Source: a virus (Duplodnaviria; Caudoviricetes). From it: a stretch of 64,000 nucleotides of DNA. Position numbers and translations under genes: made by a program. How positions within the stretch are numbered: the stretch's first letter is position 1; every line of letters starts with the position of its first letter. Shown here one piece after another: positions 48,209 to 58,520 of this stretch. The stretch lies in IMG/VR virus record IMGVR_UViG_3300031760_000005, positions 64,001-128,000 of that record. One strand, written 5' to 3'. The notes below the pieces were generated by a model that saw only the letters and a program-made list of their open reading frames with translations, was not told the DNA's origin and ran no database searches.

Positions 48209-48888
48209 AATCTAAATTTACTTCCAAAAACTTGCATTAATGTATTAAATTCCCATACACTATCAATATCCGCAGTACCTATCGTATCACAATCACAATT
48301 ATCAATATGTACATGCCATTCAGTACCACGATTATTCTCTTTATTATCAATCTCGATTTTTATTGGTGAATAATCGTTTGTTGTCCATTTACGAAATGCA
48401 TTATAATTATCAAATGTTTGGTCAATTATATCCGAAAATCCGGCTTCATATAACATTTCTTTAGTTATTTGTGTTTCTTTATCTTCTTGAGCCTTTTCTG
48501 AAGTTATATACTCAATAAACTTTAATTGATTATCATATTCCTCATTATATTGTCTATATTCATATGATGTCATTAATCTAACTTCAACATCATCTTTTTC
48601 TAATGTTCCTTTATCTAAAATGCAAGCTAACTTCAAAGCTATATCAGGAAATTCAGTAACCAATATTGATTTGATGTTTTCACCATAAATTAAATTAATT
48701 GCATCTTTCATTGTTGTAACATCTGTATAATCTTTTATAACATCATACAATAATGCATATGCAAGTAATTTTACTTCAAAATCTTTATTAAGTAATAAAT
48801 TAATTGATCCTAAATATTTATCTTGATATTTTGAACCAACTTGAAATATACCGAAGAAATAATTATGCTGTTTTATTTCCATTCTCAT
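48205..48888 (-). CDS. hypothetical protein
   Basis: 227 aa ORF in operon. Confidence 0.75.
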   Translation of the reverse strand: MRMEIKQHNYFFGIFQVGSKYQDKYLGSINLLLNKDFEVKLLAYALLYDVIKDYTDVTTMKDAINLIYGENIKSILVTEFPDIALKLACILDKGTLEKDDVEVRLMTSYEYRQYNEEYDNQLKFIEYITSEKAQEDKETQITKEMLYEAGFSDIIDQTFDNYNAFRKWTTNDYSPIKIEIDNKENNRGTEWHVHIDNCDCDTIGTADIDSVWEFNTLMQVFGSKFRL

Positions 48889-49672
48889 ATTCCTTTTTAA
48901 TTTTTGCTAATTTTTCTTCTTGTTCACGTTTCTTGGCATCAATTTCATCTTTCCATTCTTTATCTAGAGCTTCTTTCCAATTTGGACCAAGATCTTCAAA
49001 TTCATATGCTAAATCTTCATCAGTATATCCCTCATCTCTATACCAAAATAATTTAGGATTACGTTCTTCTATTTCTATATCTTTGCCTGTCTTTTCTTTC
49101 CAGTATTTTTTTACTGTTTCAGGATTGGATGTTGGCGAAGCTCCTAAAGCACATGTAATTCTAAATGATGAATCTTCATTGTCAAATCTATAAAAATCTT
49201 TACATTCGCCAATAAGTTCCATTACTTTATTAGTAACATCTTTAGCTACACGTTCTGCAATTTCACCATTACCATCATATTCATCATAAATTATATCAAA
49301 CACGTGTTCTTTCAATGGTGCAACCTTTTCATATCCTCTATGACCACATTCAATTAAATTACCTTCTTCATCAAATTGATCAGGAATATATTTATCCTTT
49401 GTACCACCTTTAGTCAAATATTCTTCAACAACACTAACATCATCTCTCCAATGAGGAGTAATATTATATGCTTCGAGATATTTATTTACAATATATGTAT
49501 ATTCTTCTTGTGACAAATAATGTTGTTCATATACACGTTCATCTTTGTCACGTATACCATCTTTAAATTCTTGAACTATTTGATCCCAATCCGCAGATGG
49601 TTGAGCTTTAGCATACATTTCTTTATAACAATCATGTATGGCTTTATTTAATACTTCTTTTCTTGTTAACAT
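48863..49672 (-). CDS. hypothetical protein
   Basis: 269 aa ORF in operon. Confidence 0.8.
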   Translation of the reverse strand: MLTRKEVLNKAIHDCYKEMYAKAQPSADWDQIVQEFKDGIRDKDERVYEQHYLSQEEYTYIVNKYLEAYNITPHWRDDVSVVEEYLTKGGTKDKYIPDQFDEEGNLIECGHRGYEKVAPLKEHVFDIIYDEYDGNGEIAERVAKDVTNKVMELIGECKDFYRFDNEDSSFRITCALGASPTSNPETVKKYWKEKTGKDIEIEERNPKLFWYRDEGYTDEDLAYEFEDLGPNWKEALDKEWKDEIDAKKREQEEKLAKIKKEYENGNKTA

Positions 49673-49684
49673 AACTTTAATATT

Positions 49685-50044
49685 TTAAATTATATCTTCT
49701 TCATGTATATTATCTTTGTCGTTAATATATCGAATATTAATTGACTTACATGCTTCTTCAGCAGTATTGAATAAAATATCCGAAGTAAACCAAACAGGCA
49801 TATCAAATTCCCCTTTATAATCAGGTGTATATTTGTCGTTATTGTTTATAAAGCCAGATTTATCAGTCTTATATTCACCTAATCTATATAACTCCAAAGA
49901 TTCTTTTACAAATGGATTAATATGAGAAATTCCATTAGTATAACGTTCTATACATCTTACTTCAATAATTATAGCCTGATATATCTCGTATTCTCCAACA
50001 AAATATACCACATCTCCTAAATTAAATTTAGTATTTTTATCCAT
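49685..50044 (-). CDS. hypothetical protein (SH3-like, KFNLGDVVY)
   Basis: 119 aa. Confidence 0.7.
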   Translation of the reverse strand: MDKNTKFNLGDVVYFVGEYEIYQAIIIEVRCIERYTNGISHINPFVKESLELYRLGEYKTDKSGFINNNDKYTPDYKGEFDMPVWFTSDILFNTAEEACKSINIRYINDKDNIHEEDII

Positions 50045-50155
50045 TTAATTCCAAATAAAAGTTGTTAATATGAAATATATTAATGTAAGTACAGCCCAAA
50101 TACAAAGTACTTGAGCTATAGCTTTTATATATATGTTATCAAACCATTTAATCAT
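50045..50155 (-). CDS. small single-TM protein (36 aa)
   Basis: MIKWFDNIYIKAIAQVLCIWAVLTLIYFILTTFIWN*; ATGA overlap with the YqeY stop; abuts the next start. Confidence 0.55.
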   Translation of the reverse strand: MIKWFDNIYIKAIAQVLCIWAVLTLIYFILTTFIWN

Positions 50156-50580
50156 ACCAATTTTGCTCTAACGCATTCAGATACTAATTTTCCATCAGCG
50201 CCAAGTAATGCATCTTTAACTTCTTTAATTACTAATCCCATTGATTTCTTTTCAATACCACTTGGATAATATTGTTGAAGATATTCAATAATATCTTCCT
50301 TAGTAGGTAATGATGGCATCAATGTTTCAAGAACTGCTGATTGAGCCAATTCTACTTCAGCTAATTCAGGACGATTATTATCCATATAAATTTGAGCAGT
50401 ATTCTTACGCTCTTCAATCATCTTTTTAATAAGATTTATTTCCTCAGCATCGTTATATGGCTTTGCATTCTTTGCTGTATTAAATTCAAGAATCTTAGCT
50501 TTTAAAAGCTTATATGTTTCAGAAGCAACCTTATCTTTTGATTTCATTGCTTCCATAATTTTTGCATTAATATCTATCAT
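50152..50580 (-). CDS. GatB/YqeY domain protein
   Basis: AMKSKDK...KMIEERK.....Y....RPELA..E......MP...MG.VIK......ADGK.VS. Confidence 0.88.
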   Translation of the reverse strand: MIDINAKIMEAMKSKDKVASETYKLLKAKILEFNTAKNAKPYNDAEEINLIKKMIEERKNTAQIYMDNNRPELAEVELAQSAVLETLMPSLPTKEDIIEYLQQYYPSGIEKKSMGLVIKEVKDALLGADGKLVSECVRAKLV

Positions 50581-50582
50581 AA

Positions 50583-50996
50583 TTATTGTATTCTTCTAAC
50601 ATTATATACCCACATTACATCGGCAAAATCTATATAAACTTGCGAATTACCATTTGATTCAATTCTAAGTCTCATTGTACCTCTATCAAAATCCTGGTCA
50701 ACGAAATTTAATTCAACCTGATTACCTCCAGAATTATCTCTATAATTTCTTACATATTTAGTAATTTTATAAATCTGGGTTTTAGGTGAATAAATTTTGA
50801 CAATATCATTACTAAAATCAATTGTCATAAGCATATCAGAACTTTGCCAATCTGTCCAATCTGTCCATCTACCATTACTAACATACTTTTGCGCATATGC
50901 AGTTGTCCGATATTTATAAGTTTGTGCATCAACTAATTGAGGTAATGCAAAACTCATCGCAAAAAATAAAATAAAAATTAAAAAATACTTTTTCAT
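50583..50996 (-). CDS. secreted beta-rich protein
   Basis: Signal peptide ending VDA-Q (Gln at +1 is typical of Bacteroidota exported proteins). Confidence 0.7.
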   Translation of the reverse strand: MKKYFLIFILFFAMSFALPQLVDAQTYKYRTTAYAQKYVSNGRWTDWTDWQSSDMLMTIDFSNDIVKIYSPKTQIYKITKYVRNYRDNSGGNQVELNFVDQDFDRGTMRLRIESNGNSQVYIDFADVMWVYNVRRIQ

Positions 50997-51000
50997 AGGT

Positions 51001-51744
51001 TTAATTGTTAATAAATTGTTTAATATATTCTTTTGTTGATTTTAAAAAATTAGATTTATCAGAAACACACCATTGTAAATAATTTTGATCAATATTTGAA
51101 ATATATTCTATTGATATACCTTTATATTTTCCAATACTAAAACATGGTTTAATTTCTCCACAAAATTCCATATCCATTATCACATTATCTTCACCATACA
51201 TACGTTGAGGTTTATACGGCTCATTTTTTTGTTGAGCTACAAAAATAGAATATGTACCTTTAATGTCTGAAAATGCATTATGCGCTGTAAGCCCACTTTC
51301 TTCCATAGTTTTACCTTTATAACGTAAATATGTATTATCTAATGAAATACCATTACGACGTTTTTCTTCTAAAAATGCATCATAACAATTCTTTTTAGTA
51401 AAATCAATATCATACCCATATTTGTTTAATTCAACTTTCAAAAATGGAATGTCAAATGAATTACCATTATATGTAAGAATATTATCAGATTTATTCATAA
51501 AATCTATAATATTTGGAGCAACATCTTTAAAAAAAGGTTTATCCTTTAATAGTTCTGGTGTAATTTTATGTTTGAAATATGCACCTAATGAAATATTATA
51601 ATCCCCAATTGGTTGTATATATTGATCCATACTATCAATAATTTTATGATTATCTGAATCAATTAACAATCCAGCAAATTGTATAATCTGGTCTTTTTCT
51701 TTAACTAAACCAGTTGTTTCTAAATCGAATACTATAAATTGCAT
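51001..51744 (-). CDS. DEDDh 3'-5' exonuclease (DnaQ/ExoX-like)
   Basis: FDLETTG, YNGNSFDIPFL, AHNAFSD; C-terminal IGKYKG...YLQW subdomain. Confidence 0.9.
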   Translation of the reverse strand: MQFIVFDLETTGLVKEKDQIIQFAGLLIDSDNHKIIDSMDQYIQPIGDYNISLGAYFKHKITPELLKDKPFFKDVAPNIIDFMNKSDNILTYNGNSFDIPFLKVELNKYGYDIDFTKKNCYDAFLEEKRRNGISLDNTYLRYKGKTMEESGLTAHNAFSDIKGTYSIFVAQQKNEPYKPQRMYGEDNVIMDMEFCGEIKPCFSIGKYKGISIEYISNIDQNYLQWCVSDKSNFLKSTKEYIKQFINN

Positions 51745-51862
51745 AATTTAAATTAATTAAAATTCTTATATTTAAATAGACAAATATTTTTGATAATTCA
51801 TTAATATAAAAGATTTTTTTCATTTTTTAATGAAATAATAATGGTAAAAAAATCATGAAAAA

Positions 51863-51876
51863 TTATTTTTAATAAA
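51863..51876 (+). promoter_or_regulatory. putative class-II promoter TTATTTTTAATAAA
   Basis: Upstream of the structural gene block. Confidence 0.55.
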
Positions 51877-51906
51877 ATAGAAAGATTTTAGAAATAAATC
51901 ATACAT

Positions 51907-53154
51907 ATGAAAAGAAAAACTAATTTATTTTATACAACTGGTCCAGATAGTAAATTTTTAACTTTTAGCAACTATACTGAATCATTAACTGGTAATTTTG
52001 TTAGTACAGATCATAAATTATTTCCATCAAAATTTATTTGTTTAAATATACCTGAACTTTGTCCAGATGGAAAACATTTAGATGATGATAAAAAAGCAAA
52101 TTTAATTAAAATGCTTGCTGCATATTATGAAAATAAAATGGCGGTATTACGTGATGATAGTATAGAAAAAAACAAAAATATTGAAGAGCACTGTCATCCA
52201 TTAGCATATTTATTAGAATGTTTATTAAATTATTATTCTAATGATGGTGTAAATATTCCTTATGTTGGAGATATAACTGAAGAAGATTATGACGGTACAT
52301 ATACAGATATGATTTGTTTTATTAATCTTGAAAATGTGGATTTTAATAAATCTTGGAAAATAATTTCAAAAGATACTGATAATATTATTGATGTTGATAA
52401 AACTGAAATTGAATTAGGAGACAAATTATATGGGTGGGATGATAATATATTAGATATTTATGAAGGTGTAAACGCTATTTATGATTCTCCTTCAACGGTT
52501 GAAAACTATTATAATTATACAACTACATTAGAAAAATTATCTAAAATTAATTCAAAACGCAATCCAATTACAGTTAATAATCAAAATTTTATAGAGTTTA
52601 ATATTATTATTCCTTTATATGATTTAGTAAATATTAATTATAAAAGTAATTCATCTTCACTTGTTGAAAGTGATGACATAAACTTATCTGAAAATGATGT
52701 TGATTATATATCTAATGTACCTTTAGGAATGTGGATTTCAGATACAGTAAAATTAGAAGTAGATAATGATACTAAAATGAGTCCAACATGGTCGCTTTTA
52801 ATATCTTCTCAATTTAAAGCTTTACCGTATTATAGTAAAAATGTAATTAATGAAAATAATGATAAAATATTAGAGACATCTGCTCCTAAACAATATAATA
52901 CATTTGCATCTATTATTACAAGACAAAATCAATTAATTAATAAATTTCTTGAGATACAAAATCAAATTTATGATATGAATGAACGTCTTACTAAATTAAC
53001 TACAACAGTTAATAATATAAATACTACAGAAAATATAGATTCATTACATATTGAACAAACTAATTTTGAAATCGATATGAAAAAAACTATGGAAGAATTT
53101 AAAACTGAAGTAAAAGATTTATTCCAAAACTTAGCTTGGAAGGCAACAATATAA
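51907..53154 (+). CDS. putative virion structural (baseplate-region) protein
   Basis: 415 aa, C-terminal coiled coil; first gene of the long-gene block. Confidence 0.55.
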   Translation: MKRKTNLFYTTGPDSKFLTFSNYTESLTGNFVSTDHKLFPSKFICLNIPELCPDGKHLDDDKKANLIKMLAAYYENKMAVLRDDSIEKNKNIEEHCHPLAYLLECLLNYYSNDGVNIPYVGDITEEDYDGTYTDMICFINLENVDFNKSWKIISKDTDNIIDVDKTEIELGDKLYGWDDNILDIYEGVNAIYDSPSTVENYYNYTTTLEKLSKINSKRNPITVNNQNFIEFNIIIPLYDLVNINYKSNSSSLVESDDINLSENDVDYISNVPLGMWISDTVKLEVDNDTKMSPTWSLLISSQFKALPYYSKNVINENNDKILETSAPKQYNTFASIITRQNQLINKFLEIQNQIYDMNERLTKLTTTVNNINTTENIDSLHIEQTNFEIDMKKTMEEFKTEVKDLFQNLAWKATI

Positions 53155-53166
53155 TTATAATGCGAT

Positions 53167-56100
53167 ATGAATAATAGTAAAGATTCATTAAAAGAATATT
53201 ATGTAAATCTACAATCATTATATAATAATGCAGTAAATATGCTTACTGCTATAAATCAAAGTTTAGCATCTACATCATCAGAAATTACTGTTAGTGTAGC
53301 AGATACTGATGATGCTATTACAAAAATTAGAATTCCATCATTTTTATATTTAGAAAATAAAATTGAACAGTTAAGTAATAATTTTAATCATTTATTTGAA
53401 ATGCCTTCTTCTGGTCAAGCATGGTTTTCTAATGAAAATAATATGTTTAAACTTAAAATGGTGCAAAGTAATATTGCACCAATTACACCGTCAATAGATT
53501 CAACAAATGTTGTTGCATCAATTAAAGATAATAATTTTTTAAAAGATTTAGTTAATCCTAAAACATATCTTAAACTTAATGTCAATAATATTCCTAATAA
53601 TATTGAAAAGGTTTATATGAAAAAAATCGTCATTTTAGACGATAATGTATATAATGAATTAGAATCAATAAAAGATACTCTTACTTCATATCAAGATTAT
53701 GTAGCTGCTTTATCAAATCTTACTAAGGGCGTACAATATGAAGAATATGAAAATACTCTTAATATGCCTATTCGTCGCGATAAATTTGATTCTGAATTTA
53801 AAATTATAGAAATTCCTACATTAGATGGTGGAAATCCATATGTAAATACAAATAGTGATGAATATTATAATCATGCTGAAACGCATTTAATATACGAAGT
53901 TAGATTAGATACATTAATTTATCATGATCATGAAGATCCATCAATAGAATATCAATTAAAAGTTGGAGATTATTTGACATTAATTGATAATTTTACTGTT
54001 TTTAAAATAAAAAATATTTCTAAATACAAAGATTCAATTACAAATTCTATTGTTACTTTAGAAGAAATTAGTGGACATACAGCATTACAAGATGTTACAG
54101 CCAATAATAATATGGTGTTAAAATTATATCAACATAATTATTCTGATTATAATTATGTAGAAGTACCATTAGAAGAAAATCCTTATATTATAATATTTTT
54201 ATGTTTTATAGATTCTAATATTCGCAGTACATTTTCTAATCCAATCTTTTTGAATTTAAATGATATTTACATGTACAATTCAGATGGTACATTAATGAAA
54301 AATCCAAAAGATGGAACTAATATAACTTATATGTCATATTACAATCAATATTGTACTAATATTGGTGATATAATTCAAGGCATTTCTAATGTAATATATC
54401 CACAATTTACTAATATAAATAATGATGCATTAAATATTTTAGAAAATAGTGAAAGTCTTAAACAACTTGTAACAAATTCTATAAATAAAGAAAATATTGA
54501 AGTTTCTTGTATAAATAATCATATATTTGACGATGAAGCTTCAGAAAAAATAAATACACTTAATGCAGAAAAGAACAAGTATAAAGTTAGCATAACAGAT
54601 ATGCAAGCTAATATTGATAACATATATAATCAATTAACAAATACAGATTTTAATAATGATTTAAGTATAACACAAGAATCACTTAAAACAAAACTTGATC
54701 AATATTATACAGAAAGAACTCATTTAAACAAAGAATATATTAATTGTGTAAATCTTATTGCTGCGGCTAAAGCAGAAAATAATATTACTAATACATCTAA
54801 ATATAGAATAAGAGGTTTATTTGATGATAGTATTGTAAGTGATTACATTAAAGCAAATGTTTCTTCAAAATGTGAATTAATTGGAATAGATGTTGAATAT
54901 AAATATATTACAGTATCATCTAATCAATCTAATGTTACGCAAATAAACAATAGCATATTTACTAATTGGAATAAATATAAATCAATAGACAAAGAACGTA
55001 TATTAAAATTTGATGAAAATAATTTATATACTATTGAATATGATGAACGTCCATTTTCAGATAATTCCGTAAAATGGAATCAAATAGATATTCCTATTAA
55101 TCAAGGTGAAGATGTTGTAATAAGAATACGTTATAAATATAACATTGGTCAACCATTTATGAATTTATATTCTCCATGGTCAGATAATGTTACATTTAGT
55201 TTTCCTGAAAAATTCACTTCAAAAAATGAAATAATAGATATTATTGCCGAAAATGACAATGATGTAATTAATGCTAAGTTCTTAGGAACTCTTATTAATG
55301 ATGGTTATCAAGAACACGTAAACAATAAGATTATTGATAATTCCCAAGTATATTATCATATGCCTGAAAATATATATTCTGGTTTTAATACACCAGAAAA
55401 TAAATTAATATCATTAAAAGATAAACTTATTAGTATGTCTAATGATATTGACAAATATAAAAATACATTAAATAGTTCAACAAATAATAATTATAAAGTT
55501 TATTTAGAGTATGATAATAACTTAATAGAATTACATAATTCTAAAGAAAACATTATTAACTTTAATAATTCTGATGTTACATTATCTGAATTGTTTACAA
55601 AGAAAACTATGAATATTATCATTAAAAATATTGGAGAAACTTCTCTTAATTTATATAGTATATTTAGTGGTAATATGTCAGTTCCTCTTTTAAATACTAA
55701 TGTGACATATATAAATAATACAGTTGAACATTATCAAAGAGTACCAATACTTATTAATGGTGATAATGATATTAATACATCAGTATATGCGCAAACACTT
55801 GGTCAATGGATATATTTTAGAGAAAATAATCCATATACATTAAAAGATGTATATTATAATAGTAATTCACAATTATATAGTGATACAAATATATTCTTAG
55901 CGAATATAAGTAATACAGAAAATCAAACTAATTATCAATTTAAATCATCGCTTAAAGATTATTTAAAAACTGCATATCAAGTACTTTTACCTTACAAACC
56001 TAAAACTACAAATTATCAAAGTGTTGATATATTATTTAATGCAGTTAGAAATAAAATAATGAGTGGAAATTATTCAACATCTGGTTCAATTGATATTAGT

Positions 56101-56676
56101 GAAAATGGTACATATAATATAATATTAGATACAACAGAAATTAATTCTAATATTTTACAAAGTATCAATATATTAAATAGTGATTCATTTACTAAATATG
56201 ATATTAATCAATTAGATAATAAGTATGTATTAAAATATGAACATATTATGACATTAGATGGCAAATATTTAACAAGCTCTACAGATATTGATGAATTTAT
56301 TACTAATAATGAAATATCTAATATTACTAGTAGTACTGAATTAGAAGGTATGTTCTTATATCCAGAAATACCATTAAATACATATTTGCAATGTAATACT
56401 AATGAATTAAATTGCCAATATTATACTGTAGCTGTTGGTAATACAATATCTGTTCCAGTAATATGTGAATATTATTTATCAAATAAAATAACTAAAAACA
56501 GAACATTATCAAAAACAATATGTTTTGATTTAAAACCATCAATTGATAAAGATTTAGATCACTACATTATTACAATAAATGTTAACCAAGCTGCTTCTGA
56601 TGAAATAATTAATGAAGCAATAAGTGAAACAGTAAATACTGACTATAATACTGATTCAATTACTGATACTGAATAA
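53167..56676 (+). CDS. large putative virion structural protein
   Basis: 1169 aa; beta-rich with coiled coils and an FN3-like YSPWS motif. Confidence 0.55.
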   Translation: MNNSKDSLKEYYVNLQSLYNNAVNMLTAINQSLASTSSEITVSVADTDDAITKIRIPSFLYLENKIEQLSNNFNHLFEMPSSGQAWFSNENNMFKLKMVQSNIAPITPSIDSTNVVASIKDNNFLKDLVNPKTYLKLNVNNIPNNIEKVYMKKIVILDDNVYNELESIKDTLTSYQDYVAALSNLTKGVQYEEYENTLNMPIRRDKFDSEFKIIEIPTLDGGNPYVNTNSDEYYNHAETHLIYEVRLDTLIYHDHEDPSIEYQLKVGDYLTLIDNFTVFKIKNISKYKDSITNSIVTLEEISGHTALQDVTANNNMVLKLYQHNYSDYNYVEVPLEENPYIIIFLCFIDSNIRSTFSNPIFLNLNDIYMYNSDGTLMKNPKDGTNITYMSYYNQYCTNIGDIIQGISNVIYPQFTNINNDALNILENSESLKQLVTNSINKENIEVSCINNHIFDDEASEKINTLNAEKNKYKVSITDMQANIDNIYNQLTNTDFNNDLSITQESLKTKLDQYYTERTHLNKEYINCVNLIAAAKAENNITNTSKYRIRGLFDDSIVSDYIKANVSSKCELIGIDVEYKYITVSSNQSNVTQINNSIFTNWNKYKSIDKERILKFDENNLYTIEYDERPFSDNSVKWNQIDIPINQGEDVVIRIRYKYNIGQPFMNLYSPWSDNVTFSFPEKFTSKNEIIDIIAENDNDVINAKFLGTLINDGYQEHVNNKIIDNSQVYYHMPENIYSGFNTPENKLISLKDKLISMSNDIDKYKNTLNSSTNNNYKVYLEYDNNLIELHNSKENIINFNNSDVTLSELFTKKTMNIIIKNIGETSLNLYSIFSGNMSVPLLNTNVTYINNTVEHYQRVPILINGDNDINTSVYAQTLGQWIYFRENNPYTLKDVYYNSNSQLYSDTNIFLANISNTENQTNYQFKSSLKDYLKTAYQVLLPYKPKTTNYQSVDILFNAVRNKIMSGNYSTSGSIDISENGTYNIILDTTEINSNILQSINILNSDSFTKYDINQLDNKYVLKYEHIMTLDGKYLTSSTDIDEFITNNEISNITSSTELEGMFLYPEIPLNTYLQCNTNELNCQYYTVAVGNTISVPVICEYYLSNKITKNRTLSKTICFDLKPSIDKDLDHYIITINVNQAASDEIINEAISETVNTDYNTDSITDTE

Positions 56677-56693
56677 TATTAAATAATTTAACA

Positions 56694-58472
56694 ATGGAAA
56701 ATACTACTGAAAAACTTTTAAACATAAATGGTGAATATATAAAATTTTATGTAACAACTAATGATAAACTTTCAAAGTTGTTAGCTAATAGTGGTGCAGC
56801 AATTATATATCATAACACCAAAAATAAATTAAATTATATTTATGTTGGTGGCCAACTTATTGCTTCTGGTTACGGATTTGATATTAATGATCACGATAAA
56901 TTAAAAGAATTATTAGAGAAATATTATTTGGAAATAAAAGACATAATAGATAATAAAAAAATACAAACATCGTATAATAATTTATCTAATTATGTAAATG
57001 ATACGTTTGTTAAAAAATCTGAAGGAGATATTTCTTATACATATATTCATAATGATTTTAAAAAATTATTTTATAATCCAACATCATATAGTAATGAATT
57101 AAATATAACTTCTAAAGATATATATAATTATATTGAAGATATAAAATATAAACGTTTTGAAATTACTGATTTATGTTATATTATTGAATATAAATTAGAT
57201 AGTGATAGTAGTTCTCCTAAAATAATGAAAATATGTTTTAGACAAAACGATAAAATTGCATTACCTGTAAATAGTTTAATTACTTCATTAACTGTTAATG
57301 CGTTAATTACATTAAATGATAATGGAGGAAGTAATAACATTAAAATGACATATTTAAAATCTAATAAAAATCCTGAGCAACTTAAATATGGAATAGTCAA
57401 TGTTAATAAAAATAATCCAATAAATGATAATGTAATAAATAATATTAATATAATAAAAAATAAAGATGGTAATATCAATGATTTAGAAATATTAAATGAA
57501 TCAATTTATAATATATATAATGATTTTGGTGTAATTACTGATGAATATTATGTATTTAAAATTGTTTATAATGGAAATGCTGATAATTTAATAAAAATTA
57601 ATGAAGGTAATAATAAAATTATAAAAGATATTAATTTATCTATAACAGGTACTCCAAAAGAAAAATATAAGAGTTTTACTTTCAATCAAGATATAAAATC
57701 TATAAAAAATATTTTAAATAATGAAGAAGTAAGTATAAAAAATGAAATGCAAATACAAGATTCTGAACCATTATTAAATATTGTAGGTGCTCATGAAATT
57801 TTTGTAATAAATTCTAATAATCAATTATTTGATGAAAAAAATAAATTTAAATATGATATTACTTCTGTAATTAATCCTAATAGTTTAAACAGTAATAATT
57901 ATCCGCAAGGATGTTTATTATCAACAATATTTAAAACATTAAAAAACGAATCATTTAGAATTGTACCATCAAATTATGTATTTAATAACAAATTTTCATT
58001 TACTATTAATGAAAAAAATTATGCAATATTTTTTACAATTCCATCTATATATGAAATAAAACGTATTTATTATATAAATCAAGATGGTACTGAAAGTGAT
58101 ATAATTGGTTATTTTATATATTGTGGTAATCAAAAATATGAAGATGATACAAATGTACTATTTAATAAAGATGGACATGATTATAAATTAACTAATAATA
58201 CTAAATTATTTTATATGTATTCTGTTTCTCGATTTAATAATGCATATACTGTATATGTAGAATTAATTAGACTTAAAAATGAAGATTTACCTGATCCAGA
58301 TACACGAGTTAATATTATTCCAGTAGATGGCCATCAAATTTTACATCAATATAATTTTGATATAAATCATTGGTATAATTATCCAGCAATCATAAATATG
58401 GCTGGTAATTCATTTAATAATTCTTATACATTGTTAGAAAATTATATTAAGATGACTGCTCAATATTTATAA
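56694..58472 (+). CDS. putative virion structural protein
   Basis: 592 aa, Asn/Ile-rich. Confidence 0.5.
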   Translation: MENTTEKLLNINGEYIKFYVTTNDKLSKLLANSGAAIIYHNTKNKLNYIYVGGQLIASGYGFDINDHDKLKELLEKYYLEIKDIIDNKKIQTSYNNLSNYVNDTFVKKSEGDISYTYIHNDFKKLFYNPTSYSNELNITSKDIYNYIEDIKYKRFEITDLCYIIEYKLDSDSSSPKIMKICFRQNDKIALPVNSLITSLTVNALITLNDNGGSNNIKMTYLKSNKNPEQLKYGIVNVNKNNPINDNVINNINIIKNKDGNINDLEILNESIYNIYNDFGVITDEYYVFKIVYNGNADNLIKINEGNNKIIKDINLSITGTPKEKYKSFTFNQDIKSIKNILNNEEVSIKNEMQIQDSEPLLNIVGAHEIFVINSNNQLFDEKNKFKYDITSVINPNSLNSNNYPQGCLLSTIFKTLKNESFRIVPSNYVFNNKFSFTINEKNYAIFFTIPSIYEIKRIYYINQDGTESDIIGYFIYCGNQKYEDDTNVLFNKDGHDYKLTNNTKLFYMYSVSRFNNAYTVYVELIRLKNEDLPDPDTRVNIIPVDGHQILHQYNFDINHWYNYPAIINMAGNSFNNSYTLLENYIKMTAQYL

Positions 58473-58475
58473 GAA

Positions 58476-58489
58476 TTATTTTTAATAAA
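58476..58489 (+). promoter_or_regulatory. putative class-II promoter TTATTTTTAATAAA
   Basis: Upstream of fibre-region genes. Confidence 0.55.
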
Positions 58490-58520
58490 GAATTAAACAA
58501 ATTTAATATATAAAATACTT

